Source: Planctomycetota bacterium
GTDB taxonomy: Bacteria; Planctomycetota; SZUA-567; H5-PLA8
Direction: 5' to 3'
Length of the DNA stretch: 64,000 nt
NCBI GenBank assembly: GCA_038227875.1
Contig: JBBRPR010000008.1
Location: 64,001-128,000 of the forward strand
Shown here piece by piece: positions 29,078 through 38,371 of the stretch (positions within the stretch are counted from its first letter, which is position 1; each line of letters opens with the position of its first letter). A program made the position numbers and the translations under genes. The notes beneath the pieces are model-generated. The model did not search any database, had not been told where the DNA came from, and worked only from the letters and a program-made list of their open reading frames with translations.

Positions 29078-30472
29078 ATGCGGACGAAACTTCAGGCGCC
29101 GTGGCGGTACGCGATCGTTGCGTTCACCGTGCTCGCCGCCTTTGCCCTCACCTGGTACGTGCCGTGGCTTAAATTCCACGGCTCGTTCCTGCTTTTCTTC
29201 GGCGCGGTCACCTTCAGCGCCTGGTTCGGCGGGCGAGGCCCAGGCTTGCTCGCCTGCCTGTTGGCGGGGCTGCTGTGGGACTACTACATCTTCGATCCGC
29301 CGGGCGAATTCTCCACCAGCGCCGAGGCCATCGTCCCGTTGATCATGTTCATCGTCGTCGCGATGCTCACCGGCTCACTGACCACGGGGCTCTCCGAAGC
29401 CGAAGCCGCCGCGCGTAAGCAGCAGCAATGGCTGCAGGTGACGCTCTCCAGCATCGGCGACGGCGTGATCGCCACAGACGCCGCCGGCAAGGTCACGTTC
29501 ATGAACGATGTCGCCGAATCGCTCACTGGCTGGCGGCGGGCGCAGATGAATGGCCAGGCGCTTGAAAACGTCTTGAACATCCAGAACGGCGCGTCAGCGG
29601 CGGACGGCAACCCGCTCAAGCGCGTCTTCCTCGAGCGTACGAAAGTCGACGCGCCGGCCGGCGCGCTGCTCTCCGCGGCCAATGGAACGCGCCTGCCGAT
29701 CGAAGGACACGCGGCGCCGATCAAGGACGCCGATGACACGATGCTCGGCGCGGTCGTCGTCTTCCGCGACATCCACGAACGCGAGGAAGCACGCGGCAAA
29801 ATCCTGGAGTACCAGGAGCGCCTGCGCTCGATGGCTTCCGATCTGCTCCTGACCGAAGAGCGCGAACGCCGCGCGATCGCCGATGGCCTCCACGACCGCG
29901 TCGGCCAGTCCCTGGCGCTGACGCGCATCAAGCTCGGCACGCTGCGCGGCCGGCTCAGCGACACGGACGTCATCGCGCAGATCGACGATATCGCGGGGGT
30001 GCTCAAGCAGATGATCGGCGAAATCCGCTCGCTGACTTTCGAACTCAGCCCGCCGATCCTCTACGAATTCGGGCTCGACGCGGCGCTGGAATGGCTCACC
30101 ACCCACGTCAAGAAGCAGCACGATCTGTCCTGCGAATTCAAAACCAGCGGCGTGGCGCGGCCCTTCGCGCCAAAGACCGACGTGCTGCTCTTCCAGGCCA
30201 CGCGCGAACTGCTCACCAACGTCGTCAAGCACGCGCAGGCCAAACAGGCGACCGTCACGGTGCTTAAAGAGACCGATTGCGTGAGCGTGAAAGTCGAAGA
30301 TAATGGAGTCGGCTTCGATACACCCGACGGCATGCTGGCGCCGGGCCAGACCAAGGGCTTTGGCCTGTTCAGCATCCGTGAGCGGATCGAGCATTTGGGC
30401 GGAAAGTTCGAGATTCGTTCCGGGCGCGGGCACGGAACTTGCATTTCACTCACGTTGCCGGTGCTGACATGA
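29078..30472 (+). CDS. Membrane (DUF4118-like) PAS sensor histidine kinase, HisKA_3 type (HK1)
   Basis: AWFGGRGPG TM domain, SIGDGVIATD PAS, ERRAIADGLHD, ELLTNVVKHA, DNGVGFD and GFGL. GGAGG RBS. Confidence 0.93.
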   Translation: MRTKLQAPWRYAIVAFTVLAAFALTWYVPWLKFHGSFLLFFGAVTFSAWFGGRGPGLLACLLAGLLWDYYIFDPPGEFSTSAEAIVPLIMFIVVAMLTGSLTTGLSEAEAAARKQQQWLQVTLSSIGDGVIATDAAGKVTFMNDVAESLTGWRRAQMNGQALENVLNIQNGASAADGNPLKRVFLERTKVDAPAGALLSAANGTRLPIEGHAAPIKDADDTMLGAVVVFRDIHEREEARGKILEYQERLRSMASDLLLTEERERRAIADGLHDRVGQSLALTRIKLGTLRGRLSDTDVIAQIDDIAGVLKQMIGEIRSLTFELSPPILYEFGLDAALEWLTTHVKKQHDLSCEFKTSGVARPFAPKTDVLLFQATRELLTNVVKHAQAKQATVTVLKETDCVSVKVEDNGVGFDTPDGMLAPGQTKGFGLFSIRERIEHLGGKFEIRSGRGHGTCISLTLPVLT

Positions 30473-31155
30473 GCTTACGAGCGAGTTCCAAGCGGGTTGA
30501 GAGCCAGACCATGGTGCGCGTGTTGCTGGTCGACGATCATAAAATCATGCGCGCCGGGCTGCGCTCGCTGTTGGAGAAGGAATCCGACATCGAAGTCGTC
30601 GCCGAGGCCGAGAACGGCGAGCAGGCCGTACGTCTGGCGCGCGAGAACAAGCCTGACATCGTGATCATGGACGTCGCGATGCCCGACATGAACGGCATCG
30701 AGGCCGCGACGCGCATCCGCGCCCTGCTGCCCAACGCGCGCATCATCGCGCTCACCATGCACTCCGATAAGAACTACCTGACCGGCATGCTGCGTGCCGG
30801 AACCGCCGGTTACCTGCTGAAAGACTGCGCCGCCGAGGAGTTGGTGCAGGCGATCAGACAGGTGATCGCGGGGAAGGGCTTCATCAGCCCGGAAATCGCG
30901 CCGCTGATTCTGGAAGATTATTCCGGCCAGACCCCGGCCGCGGCGAAGAGCGATTCGGTGCTTAACCCGAAAGAAATCGAAGTCCTGCAACTGCTCGCGG
31001 AAGGCATGGGCATCAAGGAGATCGCGGAGAAACTGGAGGTAAGCGGCAAAACGATCGAACGCTACAGAACGCAAGTCATGGAAAAATTGCAGCTCTTCAC
31101 CGTCGCGGAGCTGACCAAATACGCAATCCGGAAAGGCATCACAACCTTGGCGTAG
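30469..31155 (+). CDS. NarL/LuxR family response regulator (RR1)
   Basis: LVDDH, MDVAMP, LTMH, YLLK and a LuxR HTH. Start at 30469 (ATGA overlap) or 30511. Confidence 0.93.
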   Translation: MSLRASSKRVESQTMVRVLLVDDHKIMRAGLRSLLEKESDIEVVAEAENGEQAVRLARENKPDIVIMDVAMPDMNGIEAATRIRALLPNARIIALTMHSDKNYLTGMLRAGTAGYLLKDCAAEELVQAIRQVIAGKGFISPEIAPLILEDYSGQTPAAAKSDSVLNPKEIEVLQLLAEGMGIKEIAEKLEVSGKTIERYRTQVMEKLQLFTVAELTKYAIRKGITTLA

Positions 31156-31216
31156 TACTTACTTTTTTTCGCGCAAAGTGCCCAACTCTGGGCAGCATGA
31201 CTATTCAACAGCAACC

Positions 31217-32722
31217 TTACGAAGCCAAACCCAGATTCACCAAGGCTCCAGAAAGATAATTTTCGGCGGCGACCCGAGCCCGGAACTCCCGGCTGTTCGC
31301 ATCGACCGTGCTCTCCACGCCCCGCGCATACGCCGCCAACGCCGCCCGCCGCACCGCCTGAGCCCAATGACTCAGCGCCACCTGAACATTCTGTGCGCCC
31401 AGTGATTCCAGCAACTCGTTGAAAGGATTTTCCAATGTACGCCAATAGAGCTGCTGAACTGTTGCCAGCCCTTCGTGCTGTGGCAGGCCGACGAGGAGTT
31501 GCATCGCCTGGCTCAACGCCGCCCCCGTGGACTCGCAGAGCTCCAAACCGAAATGCAGTCCACTCGAGGCTTCAGAATCGTCCACGAGCCGCTGCGGAAT
31601 TGGCAGCGCCAGATCCGTCTGCGCCAGCACCTTCGCGCGCTCGTTGGCCATGCCGAGTAGCTCGCACTGGATCGCCGGCGCGACGGAGAAGCAACCGCTG
31701 CGGCAGAGTTCCTCAAACTGCCTCAACGCCGCAGGACGCTGATCGCGGTCGCTGCCGCGGCGCCAGAACAGGTAGCCGCAATCGCGCCACGGCGTCCGGT
31801 CGATGGTCTGGCGCACGCCCTGCGCCCGGCCGGCGTACAGATAGGAAAGCGTGAGCGGATCATGTGGACGCCACGAGGACGCAGACGAATGCGACGCATC
31901 GAGCAATTCGCCCTGCGCGTAATACATCAAGCGCACACCGTTGGGTTCGTGGATGAGCTGGACGCAGCGGCTCTGCCAGGTCAGCAACTCAAGGTACCCG
32001 CCACAGGCGCGTACGCCCGGCGACCGGATGTTGCTCTCGCGTTCCCACGCGGGCCGGCCGAGCGGCCGGTCGTCGCGCTGAATCAGCAGGTTGAGCATCA
32101 GCGTTTCGAAAAGCGTACGGCCCTTCAAGAAGACGGCCGTCTGCCCCACCAACGGAGCGTGCGTGAAATTGGGATGCTTGCCAAAGCGCGCGCTGCAGGT
32201 GCCCGCTCCGCCACCCAGCGCGAAAGCCTGATTGGCGATCAGCGAGCGGGCTGCCGCTGCAAACGAGAGCAGGGGAGGCGCGTCGCCGCCGCCCAGGTGT
32301 GTCGCAATTTCGACAGCGCCTTCGGGCGGCGCATCGGGCGTCAACTGCGAGGCATGTCGCGGAGTCGCCAGCTGGAAATTCGAGCACTGAAAGAAGGGCT
32401 GAGTCGGATGGAAGAGATCAAAGCGTGTGCGCCAGAGCTCGATATAGTCTTCGATCTTCTGAATGGGGAAGTGTCGCTGCTGAAAGATGGAGGACCATTC
32501 AGCGCTGGTGCGAGGTCCCTGCAGCGCACTGTGGAGCAGAGCCAGCAGCAGGCGGTATAGGCCCGTCTTCACGAGCGGCGAATCGCAGCTCAGATCGGAA
32601 ATCGCATCGGCTTCGTGAAGAATTTCACGCAGGCTGTATTCCCGCCGAGTGTGCTCGCGCGTGACACAGGATAGCCAGGGTTCGTCGATCAGATTGAAGC
32701 TGCGTGCGGTGGCGTTGACCAT
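31217..32722 (-). CDS. cse1: Solitary type I-E CRISPR large subunit Cas8e/Cse1 (CasA)-like protein
   Basis: FNLIDEPW, YRLLLALL, RFDLFHPTQPFFQ, GRTLFETLMLNL, PAWER, LTWQSR, DP..Y, WRD and YW..LE..F motifs. 501 aa. Confidence 0.88.
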   Translation of the reverse strand: MVNATARSFNLIDEPWLSCVTREHTRREYSLREILHEADAISDLSCDSPLVKTGLYRLLLALLHSALQGPRTSAEWSSIFQQRHFPIQKIEDYIELWRTRFDLFHPTQPFFQCSNFQLATPRHASQLTPDAPPEGAVEIATHLGGGDAPPLLSFAAAARSLIANQAFALGGGAGTCSARFGKHPNFTHAPLVGQTAVFLKGRTLFETLMLNLLIQRDDRPLGRPAWERESNIRSPGVRACGGYLELLTWQSRCVQLIHEPNGVRLMYYAQGELLDASHSSASSWRPHDPLTLSYLYAGRAQGVRQTIDRTPWRDCGYLFWRRGSDRDQRPAALRQFEELCRSGCFSVAPAIQCELLGMANERAKVLAQTDLALPIPQRLVDDSEASSGLHFGLELCESTGAALSQAMQLLVGLPQHEGLATVQQLYWRTLENPFNELLESLGAQNVQVALSHWAQAVRRAALAAYARGVESTVDANSREFRARVAAENYLSGALVNLGLAS

Positions 32723-33098
32723 TCAATGTCCCAAATAACCGTATGCAACGTGTAGCTAACCACATTCCACATTTATAAAAGACGTGTCACGTATTGATCT
32801 GAGAGTCCAGCGATAGACGTAAAATGTCTAAGATTAGACATCAAAAATATACAAGTGATCAGGATTGATCACGCTTTCAGGTGGTTCCTTTTCACCATGA
32901 TGACCCACTTTTACGAATGTGCTGATGGTTAAAAGCCACACGTCCCATCCGTCGTTGTGGCGACGAACGTGGTCGAAATGGGAAATCTCACATGTGAACA
33001 TAATCGTGTTGTTACATGGGCACAGGACCGACTTAGCGAGCGGTTTTAGAGACACTGCGCGCCGCGTCAGACAGCCATCGCCCGGTGTGCATGCGACC

Positions 33099-33115
33099 TT
33101 GGCACAGCATTTGGT
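33099..33115 (+). promoter_or_regulatory. Putative sigma54-like promoter of glnK-amt1 (variant -12 GG)
   Basis: TTGGCACAGCATTTGGT, 16/17 identical to the site upstream of amt2. Confidence 0.6.
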
Positions 33116-33256
33116 CTACTCCCTCTGTACTGACTCAAAAGCAGTGCGCCGAGCACAACGAAAAAACGCTGCGAAAGATCGCTGACTAGCCGGGCTGGTG
33201 TGGCCCGGTGACTGTGAACTCTTGTCTCTAAAGACGTAAAAAAAGGGAGATACCGA

Positions 33257-33601
33257 ATGAACTATGTGATCGCCGTCATCCAGCCGCCGAAGTTAGACGC
33301 AGTGCGTGAGGCGCTGACCAAGATTGGAATTTCCGGCGTCACAGTTTCAGACGCTCAAGGTTACGGCCGGCAGAAAGGCCACACGGAAGTCTACCGCGGC
33401 CACGAGTACGCCGTGAATTTTGTGCGCAAGGTCAAGCTGGAAATCGCCTGCGACGAACACCTGGTCGACAAGGTCGTCGAAGCGATCTCGACGTCAGCCA
33501 AGTCCGACGGCGGCAAGCTCGGCGACGGCAAGATTTTCGTCTTCGATCTCAAGGAAGTCGTGCGCATCCGCACCGGCGAACGCGGCGCGGGCGCCATCTA
33601 A
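33257..33601 (+). CDS. glnK: P-II family nitrogen regulator
   Basis: GYGRQKGHTEVYRGHEY T-loop, GDGKIF and RIRTGE motifs. Linked to amt. Confidence 0.95.
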   Translation: MNYVIAVIQPPKLDAVREALTKIGISGVTVSDAQGYGRQKGHTEVYRGHEYAVNFVRKVKLEIACDEHLVDKVVEAISTSAKSDGGKLGDGKIFVFDLKEVVRIRTGERGAGAI

Positions 33602-33823
33602 AAGTCCTGCAGTTCAACCACGGCCCTTTTCAAGGAGGACTCGGGTATCGACGAAATCGCTGGACGTTGAAATGCAGGGCAAGTTGGAAAATTGTGTTCG
33701 TGTGTCCGTGTGAAGTTCATTGAAGTCAGACCATAAAAAGTTTTCGTACCGGGTTGATGGTCAAGTCGCGAACAGTCTGTGTCTGATTTGCGGCGGGGAA
33801 ACTCTTTTTTAGGAGCACTGTAA

Positions 33824-35626
33824 ATGAAAGGCAATCGTTTCGAGGGGGTAAGACTTTCTTTCAAAGAAAAGTTTTCCCGTCTTGGCGTCCGGCTACGGGA
33901 TCCGCAGTGGCGCAAGTACGGTGGGCTGTTGATCGCCGGTAAGGTCTTGGGCGTTGCGGCAGTGTTGGTGGCGATGATCGGCGTGCCGGCACTCGTGTCG
34001 CACACGCAGAAGGTCGTTGCACCGAAGGCGTATGCTGAAGAAGCGAAGCCCGAAGAAGCCAAGCCGGCCACACCGGCTCCGGCCGCGGCTCCCGCTGCAC
34101 CGGCCGCTCCCGCGGCACCTGGCGCTCCTGCTGCTCCCGCGGCCGCGGCTCCTGCCGCTCCGCCGGAAGGCACTCCGCCGGCCATGGACAAGCTCGCTGC
34201 CAGCGACATCGTCAATCCGTTGAACACCGTCTGGGTGCTCGTGGCCGCCTTCCTCGTCTTCGGCATGCAGGTCGGCTTCACGATGCTCGAAGCCGGCTTC
34301 TGCCGCTCGCGTGAAACGGTCAACGTGCTCGTCGAGTGCGTGTTCGATACCTGTCTGTGCGGTATCCTCTTCTACGCGTTCGGCTTTGCGTTCATGTTCG
34401 GCCACGGCAATGGTTTCATCGGCTGGGGCGACGGTACGCCGGGCAACACCTGGTTCTTCCTGAAAAATGCGCCGGCGACGTACGAAACGACGGGCGTGGC
34501 GTTCCTGGCCATCTGGATCTTCCAGTTCGCGTTCGCCGACACCTGCTCCACGATCACCTCCGGCGCGATGATTGGCCGCACGGGCTTCGTGGGCGACATT
34601 CTGTACAGTATCTGCGTCACGGGTTTCATCTACCCGATCATTGGACATTGGGCGTGGGGTCCGGACGGCTTCCTGTACACGATGGGAACCGCCGATCATT
34701 TCCTGCCTTCACTGGGCATGAATTTCCACGACTTCGCCGGATCGACAGTGGTGCACACCATCGGCGGCATGATCTCATTGGCCGGCGCGATCGTGCTCGG
34801 ACCGCGGTTGGGCCGCAAGTTCAAGCGTGACGGTGGCGCTCCGATGTTGCCCCATGATTTGACCATCGCCGTCAGCGGCGGTCTGCTCCTCTGGTTCGGC
34901 TGGTACGGCTTCAATCCCGGCAGCACGCTCAGCGCGATGGACATGGGCGGCATCGGCCGCGTCGCCGCGAACACCACGCTGGCCGCCTGCACCGGCGGTA
35001 TGGCCGCAGTCTTCTACATGTTCCTGCAGTCGAAGAAGTGGGACGCCGGCGCGATCACCAACGGCTTCCTGGCCGGTCTCGTCGCCATCACCTGCCCCTG
35101 CTACTGGGTGAGCCCGACGGGCGCGTGCATCCTCGGCGCCATCGCCGGTGTGATCGTCATGCTCGGCATCGAAGTGCTCGAATACCTGCGCATCGACGAC
35201 CCGATCGGCGCGGTTCCGGTCCATGGCATGTGCGGAATCTGGGGCACCATCTCGCTGGGTCTGTTCGCCAGCGGTGAATACGGCCTGGCCGCTCAGACCG
35301 GCGCCGACACGACCACCAAGTTCGCGGGTCTGTTCTACGGTGGCGGTACCAGCGTGCTGTACGCGCAGTGCATCGGCAGCGCCATTGTGACGCTCGCGTC
35401 GCTGGGCTCGGCCTTCGTGGTCATGTACGCGGTGAACGCCATGGGCGTGCTGCGTCTGTCCAAGGAGCACGAACTGTACGGTATGGACTTGGCCGAACAC
35501 GGCATCTCGGCTTACCCCGAGTACGTGATCGCGCCATCCGCTGCGCCTTCGGGCATGTCGCCTGAAATGGTCAACGCCGCTTCGCCGATGACGGCGAGTG
35601 CCGTGGCGCGCACCGCGACCGTTTAA
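33824..35626 (+). CDS. amtB: Ammonium transporter (amt1) with N-terminal extension
   Basis: DFAGSTVVH, WFGWYGFNPGS, NGFLAGLVAIT and DDP...VHG motifs. Confidence 0.95.
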   Translation: MKGNRFEGVRLSFKEKFSRLGVRLRDPQWRKYGGLLIAGKVLGVAAVLVAMIGVPALVSHTQKVVAPKAYAEEAKPEEAKPATPAPAAAPAAPAAPAAPGAPAAPAAAAPAAPPEGTPPAMDKLAASDIVNPLNTVWVLVAAFLVFGMQVGFTMLEAGFCRSRETVNVLVECVFDTCLCGILFYAFGFAFMFGHGNGFIGWGDGTPGNTWFFLKNAPATYETTGVAFLAIWIFQFAFADTCSTITSGAMIGRTGFVGDILYSICVTGFIYPIIGHWAWGPDGFLYTMGTADHFLPSLGMNFHDFAGSTVVHTIGGMISLAGAIVLGPRLGRKFKRDGGAPMLPHDLTIAVSGGLLLWFGWYGFNPGSTLSAMDMGGIGRVAANTTLAACTGGMAAVFYMFLQSKKWDAGAITNGFLAGLVAITCPCYWVSPTGACILGAIAGVIVMLGIEVLEYLRIDDPIGAVPVHGMCGIWGTISLGLFASGEYGLAAQTGADTTTKFAGLFYGGGTSVLYAQCIGSAIVTLASLGSAFVVMYAVNAMGVLRLSKEHELYGMDLAEHGISAYPEYVIAPSAAPSGMSPEMVNAASPMTASAVARTATV

Positions 35627-35654
35627 GTTCGAGTCGTCTGTCTTCGGAGTACGG

Positions 35655-35688
35655 TGGGCCGGACGAAAGTCCGGCCCATCTCTTTTTT
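35655..35688 (+). terminator. Intrinsic terminator after amt1
   Basis: TGGGCCGGAC-GAAA-GTCCGGCCCA followed by TCTCTTTTTT. Confidence 0.85.
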
Positions 35689-35749
35689 CAGACCTATCGG
35701 CTATAGTGGGTGCAGTGCACAGCCGCCCCAATTCGCAGGGAATCAACCC

Positions 35750-37159
35750 ATGGACCTCAAACAAAGACCAGCATACCTCCGCTACGGGGTGGCCATTGGC
35801 GCCGTGGTGGTCACGCTGGCGGTGACGCATCTCGTACCGTGGCTGGTGCGGCGCGAATCGCTGGTGCTCTTCTTTGGCGCGGTGACCTTCAGCGCCTGGT
35901 ACGGCGGACGAGGGCCGGGGTTTCTCGCCTGCGTGCTGGCGGCGATTGTGACCAACGTGCTGATCTACGAGCCGGCGTTCACCATCACGTGGAGCGCCGA
36001 AGCCATCATACCGCTGATGATCTTCATGGCGGTGGCCGCGTTGATCAGTTCGCTGACGGCCAATCTGGCGCGTTCCGAACGGCAATCGCGCGAGCACGAA
36101 GAACTGCTCGACGTCACCCTCAAATGCATCGCGGAAGCCGTGATCTGCACCGACAGCGCCGGGCGCATCACGTTTGTGAATCAGGCCGCCAAGGAGTTGA
36201 TCGGCCTCGACCCCAAAGGTCGCGAGATCACCGAGCTCTTTGAAAGTGAGCAGACAAAAAAGGAAGCGCTCCAGGCGCTGTTCCTGCGGCCGCTGCGTGA
36301 AGGCGCGGTCGGCGAAATTGGCGGACAGACGCGGCTGATCATCAGCCCCGCGCGACCGCTGGTGGAAGGCGCAGTCGCGCCAATCAAGGACGCCAACAAT
36401 CAGCTCAAAGGTTCGGTCATCGTCGTCCGCGACGTCACCGATCGCGAAAACGCCAAGTCGAAGATTCTCGACTACCAGGAACGTCTTCGTTCGATGGCCA
36501 CGCAACTGTCGCTGACGGAAGAACGCGGCCGTCGCGCCATCGCCACGGGACTTCATGATCGCGTCGGGCAGTCGCTGGCGCTCACGCGCATCAAGTTGTC
36601 GACCTTGCGCGACGACATCGGCGATCCCAAGCTGGCCGGGCAACTCGACGACGTCGTGCGTCTCATGCGCGATGTCCTGACCGAAATCAAAACGCTGACG
36701 TTCGAATTGAGCCCGCCGATTCTGTACGAGCTGGGACTGGACGCGGCCGTCGAATGGCTGATCGGCAATTTTCAAGGGCAGTACAAGCTGGAGTGCAGCT
36801 TCGAGCGCGAAGGCCCCGCCGAACGCCATTCGCAGGAAATGGAGATCGTGCTTTTTCAAACCGCGCGCGAACTGTTGACCAACATCGTCAAACACGCGCC
36901 CGCGGCGCATGCGACGCTGAAGCTGGTCAACGCGCACGATCGTGTCCGGCTCGTGGTCTCCGACGATGGCCCGCCAGTCCATCCGCCGCGCGCTCCGCTG
37001 GCGATCAATGCGGGGGGCGGATTTGGGTTGTTCAGCATCCGCGAGCGCATCTGCCACATGGGCGGTTCGTTCGAGCTGGGCGCGCCGCAGGGCCGCGGCA
37101 CTTGCGTCTCCGTCAGTCTGCCCGTTATAGTAAATCAAACCGCCCTGGGTTCTGCATAA
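35750..37159 (+). CDS. Membrane PAS sensor histidine kinase (HK2), paralog of HK1
   Basis: Same architecture as HK1. Identical LHDRVGQSLALTRIKL and FELSPPILYE segments. Confidence 0.92.
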   Translation: MDLKQRPAYLRYGVAIGAVVVTLAVTHLVPWLVRRESLVLFFGAVTFSAWYGGRGPGFLACVLAAIVTNVLIYEPAFTITWSAEAIIPLMIFMAVAALISSLTANLARSERQSREHEELLDVTLKCIAEAVICTDSAGRITFVNQAAKELIGLDPKGREITELFESEQTKKEALQALFLRPLREGAVGEIGGQTRLIISPARPLVEGAVAPIKDANNQLKGSVIVVRDVTDRENAKSKILDYQERLRSMATQLSLTEERGRRAIATGLHDRVGQSLALTRIKLSTLRDDIGDPKLAGQLDDVVRLMRDVLTEIKTLTFELSPPILYELGLDAAVEWLIGNFQGQYKLECSFEREGPAERHSQEMEIVLFQTARELLTNIVKHAPAAHATLKLVNAHDRVRLVVSDDGPPVHPPRAPLAINAGGGFGLFSIRERICHMGGSFELGAPQGRGTCVSVSLPVIVNQTALGSA

Positions 37160-37810
37160 ATGGCCATCCGCGTTCTGCTTGTTGAAGATCATAAAATCAT
37201 GCGCGAAGGTCTGCGCGCGCTGCTGGAACGCCAGAGCGATATTCAAATCGCCGCGGAAGTGGAGCGGGGGGGCGACGCGCTTCAGGCCGTTCGCGACAAC
37301 AAGCCCGACGTCGTGATCATGGATGTCGGCCTGCCCGATCTCAACGGCATCCAGGCGACGGAGCAGATTCTCGCGGAACTGCCGGGCACAAAAATCCTGG
37401 CGCTGACCATGCATGCCGAACGCGGGTACGTCAACGGGATGCTCCGCGCCGGCGCGATGGGATATCTGTTGAAAGACTGCGCCGCCGACGAACTCGTGCG
37501 CGCCGTGCGCGAAATTGTGGCGGGGAAGGGCTACATCAGTCCGGAAGTGACGCGCGATATTTTGAAAGACTTCTCCAAGCCCAATGCCGCGCCAGCGTCG
37601 ATAGAAGATCCGACGTTGAATGAAAAGGAAACGTCGGTGCTGCGCGGCATTGCCGAAGGCCAGAGCATGCACGATATCGCCAAGGGATTGGACCTGAGCG
37701 TCAAAACTGTCGAGCGTTACCGCGCGCAGATCATGGACAAGCTGCAGATTTTCTCCGTCGCCGAACTGACCAAGTACGCGATCCGCAGCGGGCTGTCCAA
37801 ACTCACGTAA
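37160..37810 (+). CDS. NarL/LuxR family response regulator (RR2), paralog of RR1
   Basis: Receiver plus LuxR HTH. Shares YLLKDCAA and VAELTKYAIR with RR1. Confidence 0.93.
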   Translation: MAIRVLLVEDHKIMREGLRALLERQSDIQIAAEVERGGDALQAVRDNKPDVVIMDVGLPDLNGIQATEQILAELPGTKILALTMHAERGYVNGMLRAGAMGYLLKDCAADELVRAVREIVAGKGYISPEVTRDILKDFSKPNAAPASIEDPTLNEKETSVLRGIAEGQSMHDIAKGLDLSVKTVERYRAQIMDKLQIFSVAELTKYAIRSGLSKLT

Positions 37811-37819
37811 GAAAAGTTT

Positions 37820-37851
37820 GGCCCGGGTGATTTGAGCAAACCACCCGGGCC
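37820..37851. terminator. Hairpin after RR2
   Basis: 10-bp stem GGCCCGGGTG/CACCCGGGCC. Confidence 0.5.
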
Positions 37852-38371
37852 GGCCAGCGTTTTGTCCCATGAAAGGCAATGCGCTTCCCGGGTTGGAAAA
37901 GCGTGAGCGGCTCCAGGGCTCGGGCGCCACGGCTGGCTGGGCGTATCCTCTTAAGAGCCACAATTGCGTATTACACTTTTGCAAATATAGATCCAAATGA
38001 GACAGTATCTAATCCATTTGCGACATTGTCTCGCAAAGTAATTCACATCGAGCTTGGAATGATTCCATAACATTCATCGTTTGAACAACTTGTCTAAAAA
38101 TTCAGACCACTCAAAATGATTCCGCTCAACTGCATTCGTTACTGTATCGAGTACGAAATGTCTGCTTTGGAGCAGAATAGAGCGTGAGTTCAGTGCTGAA
38201 ATTTGCGCTAAAGTGATCCAATATAGACAACTCGATGCGCGAAAGACACACCTATCGAGCGCTTGATATGTCCTACTTGAGTCAAAATTTAGAGATTGTT
38301 TTACTCCAACTCATCCGTAGCGAGGCGTATCGCGCGCTGTATAGCCTCGCGTGATGTCGCGGATGGAACTT

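Noticed and set aside
32722..33257. CRISPR array or mini-array next to cas8e
   Set aside because: No 28-30 bp direct repeats or I-E-like CCCCGC/GCGGGG hairpin were seen. The CCGGGC/GCCCGG hairpin near 33190 is single and lacks repeat flanks.
34060..34170. GC-rich short repeats at the start of both amt genes
   Set aside because: They encode Pro/Ala linkers and are not DNA-level arrays.
34775..37996. 1073-aa minus-strand ORF
   Set aside because: Antisense shadow of amt1/HK2/RR2, typical of high-GC coding DNA.
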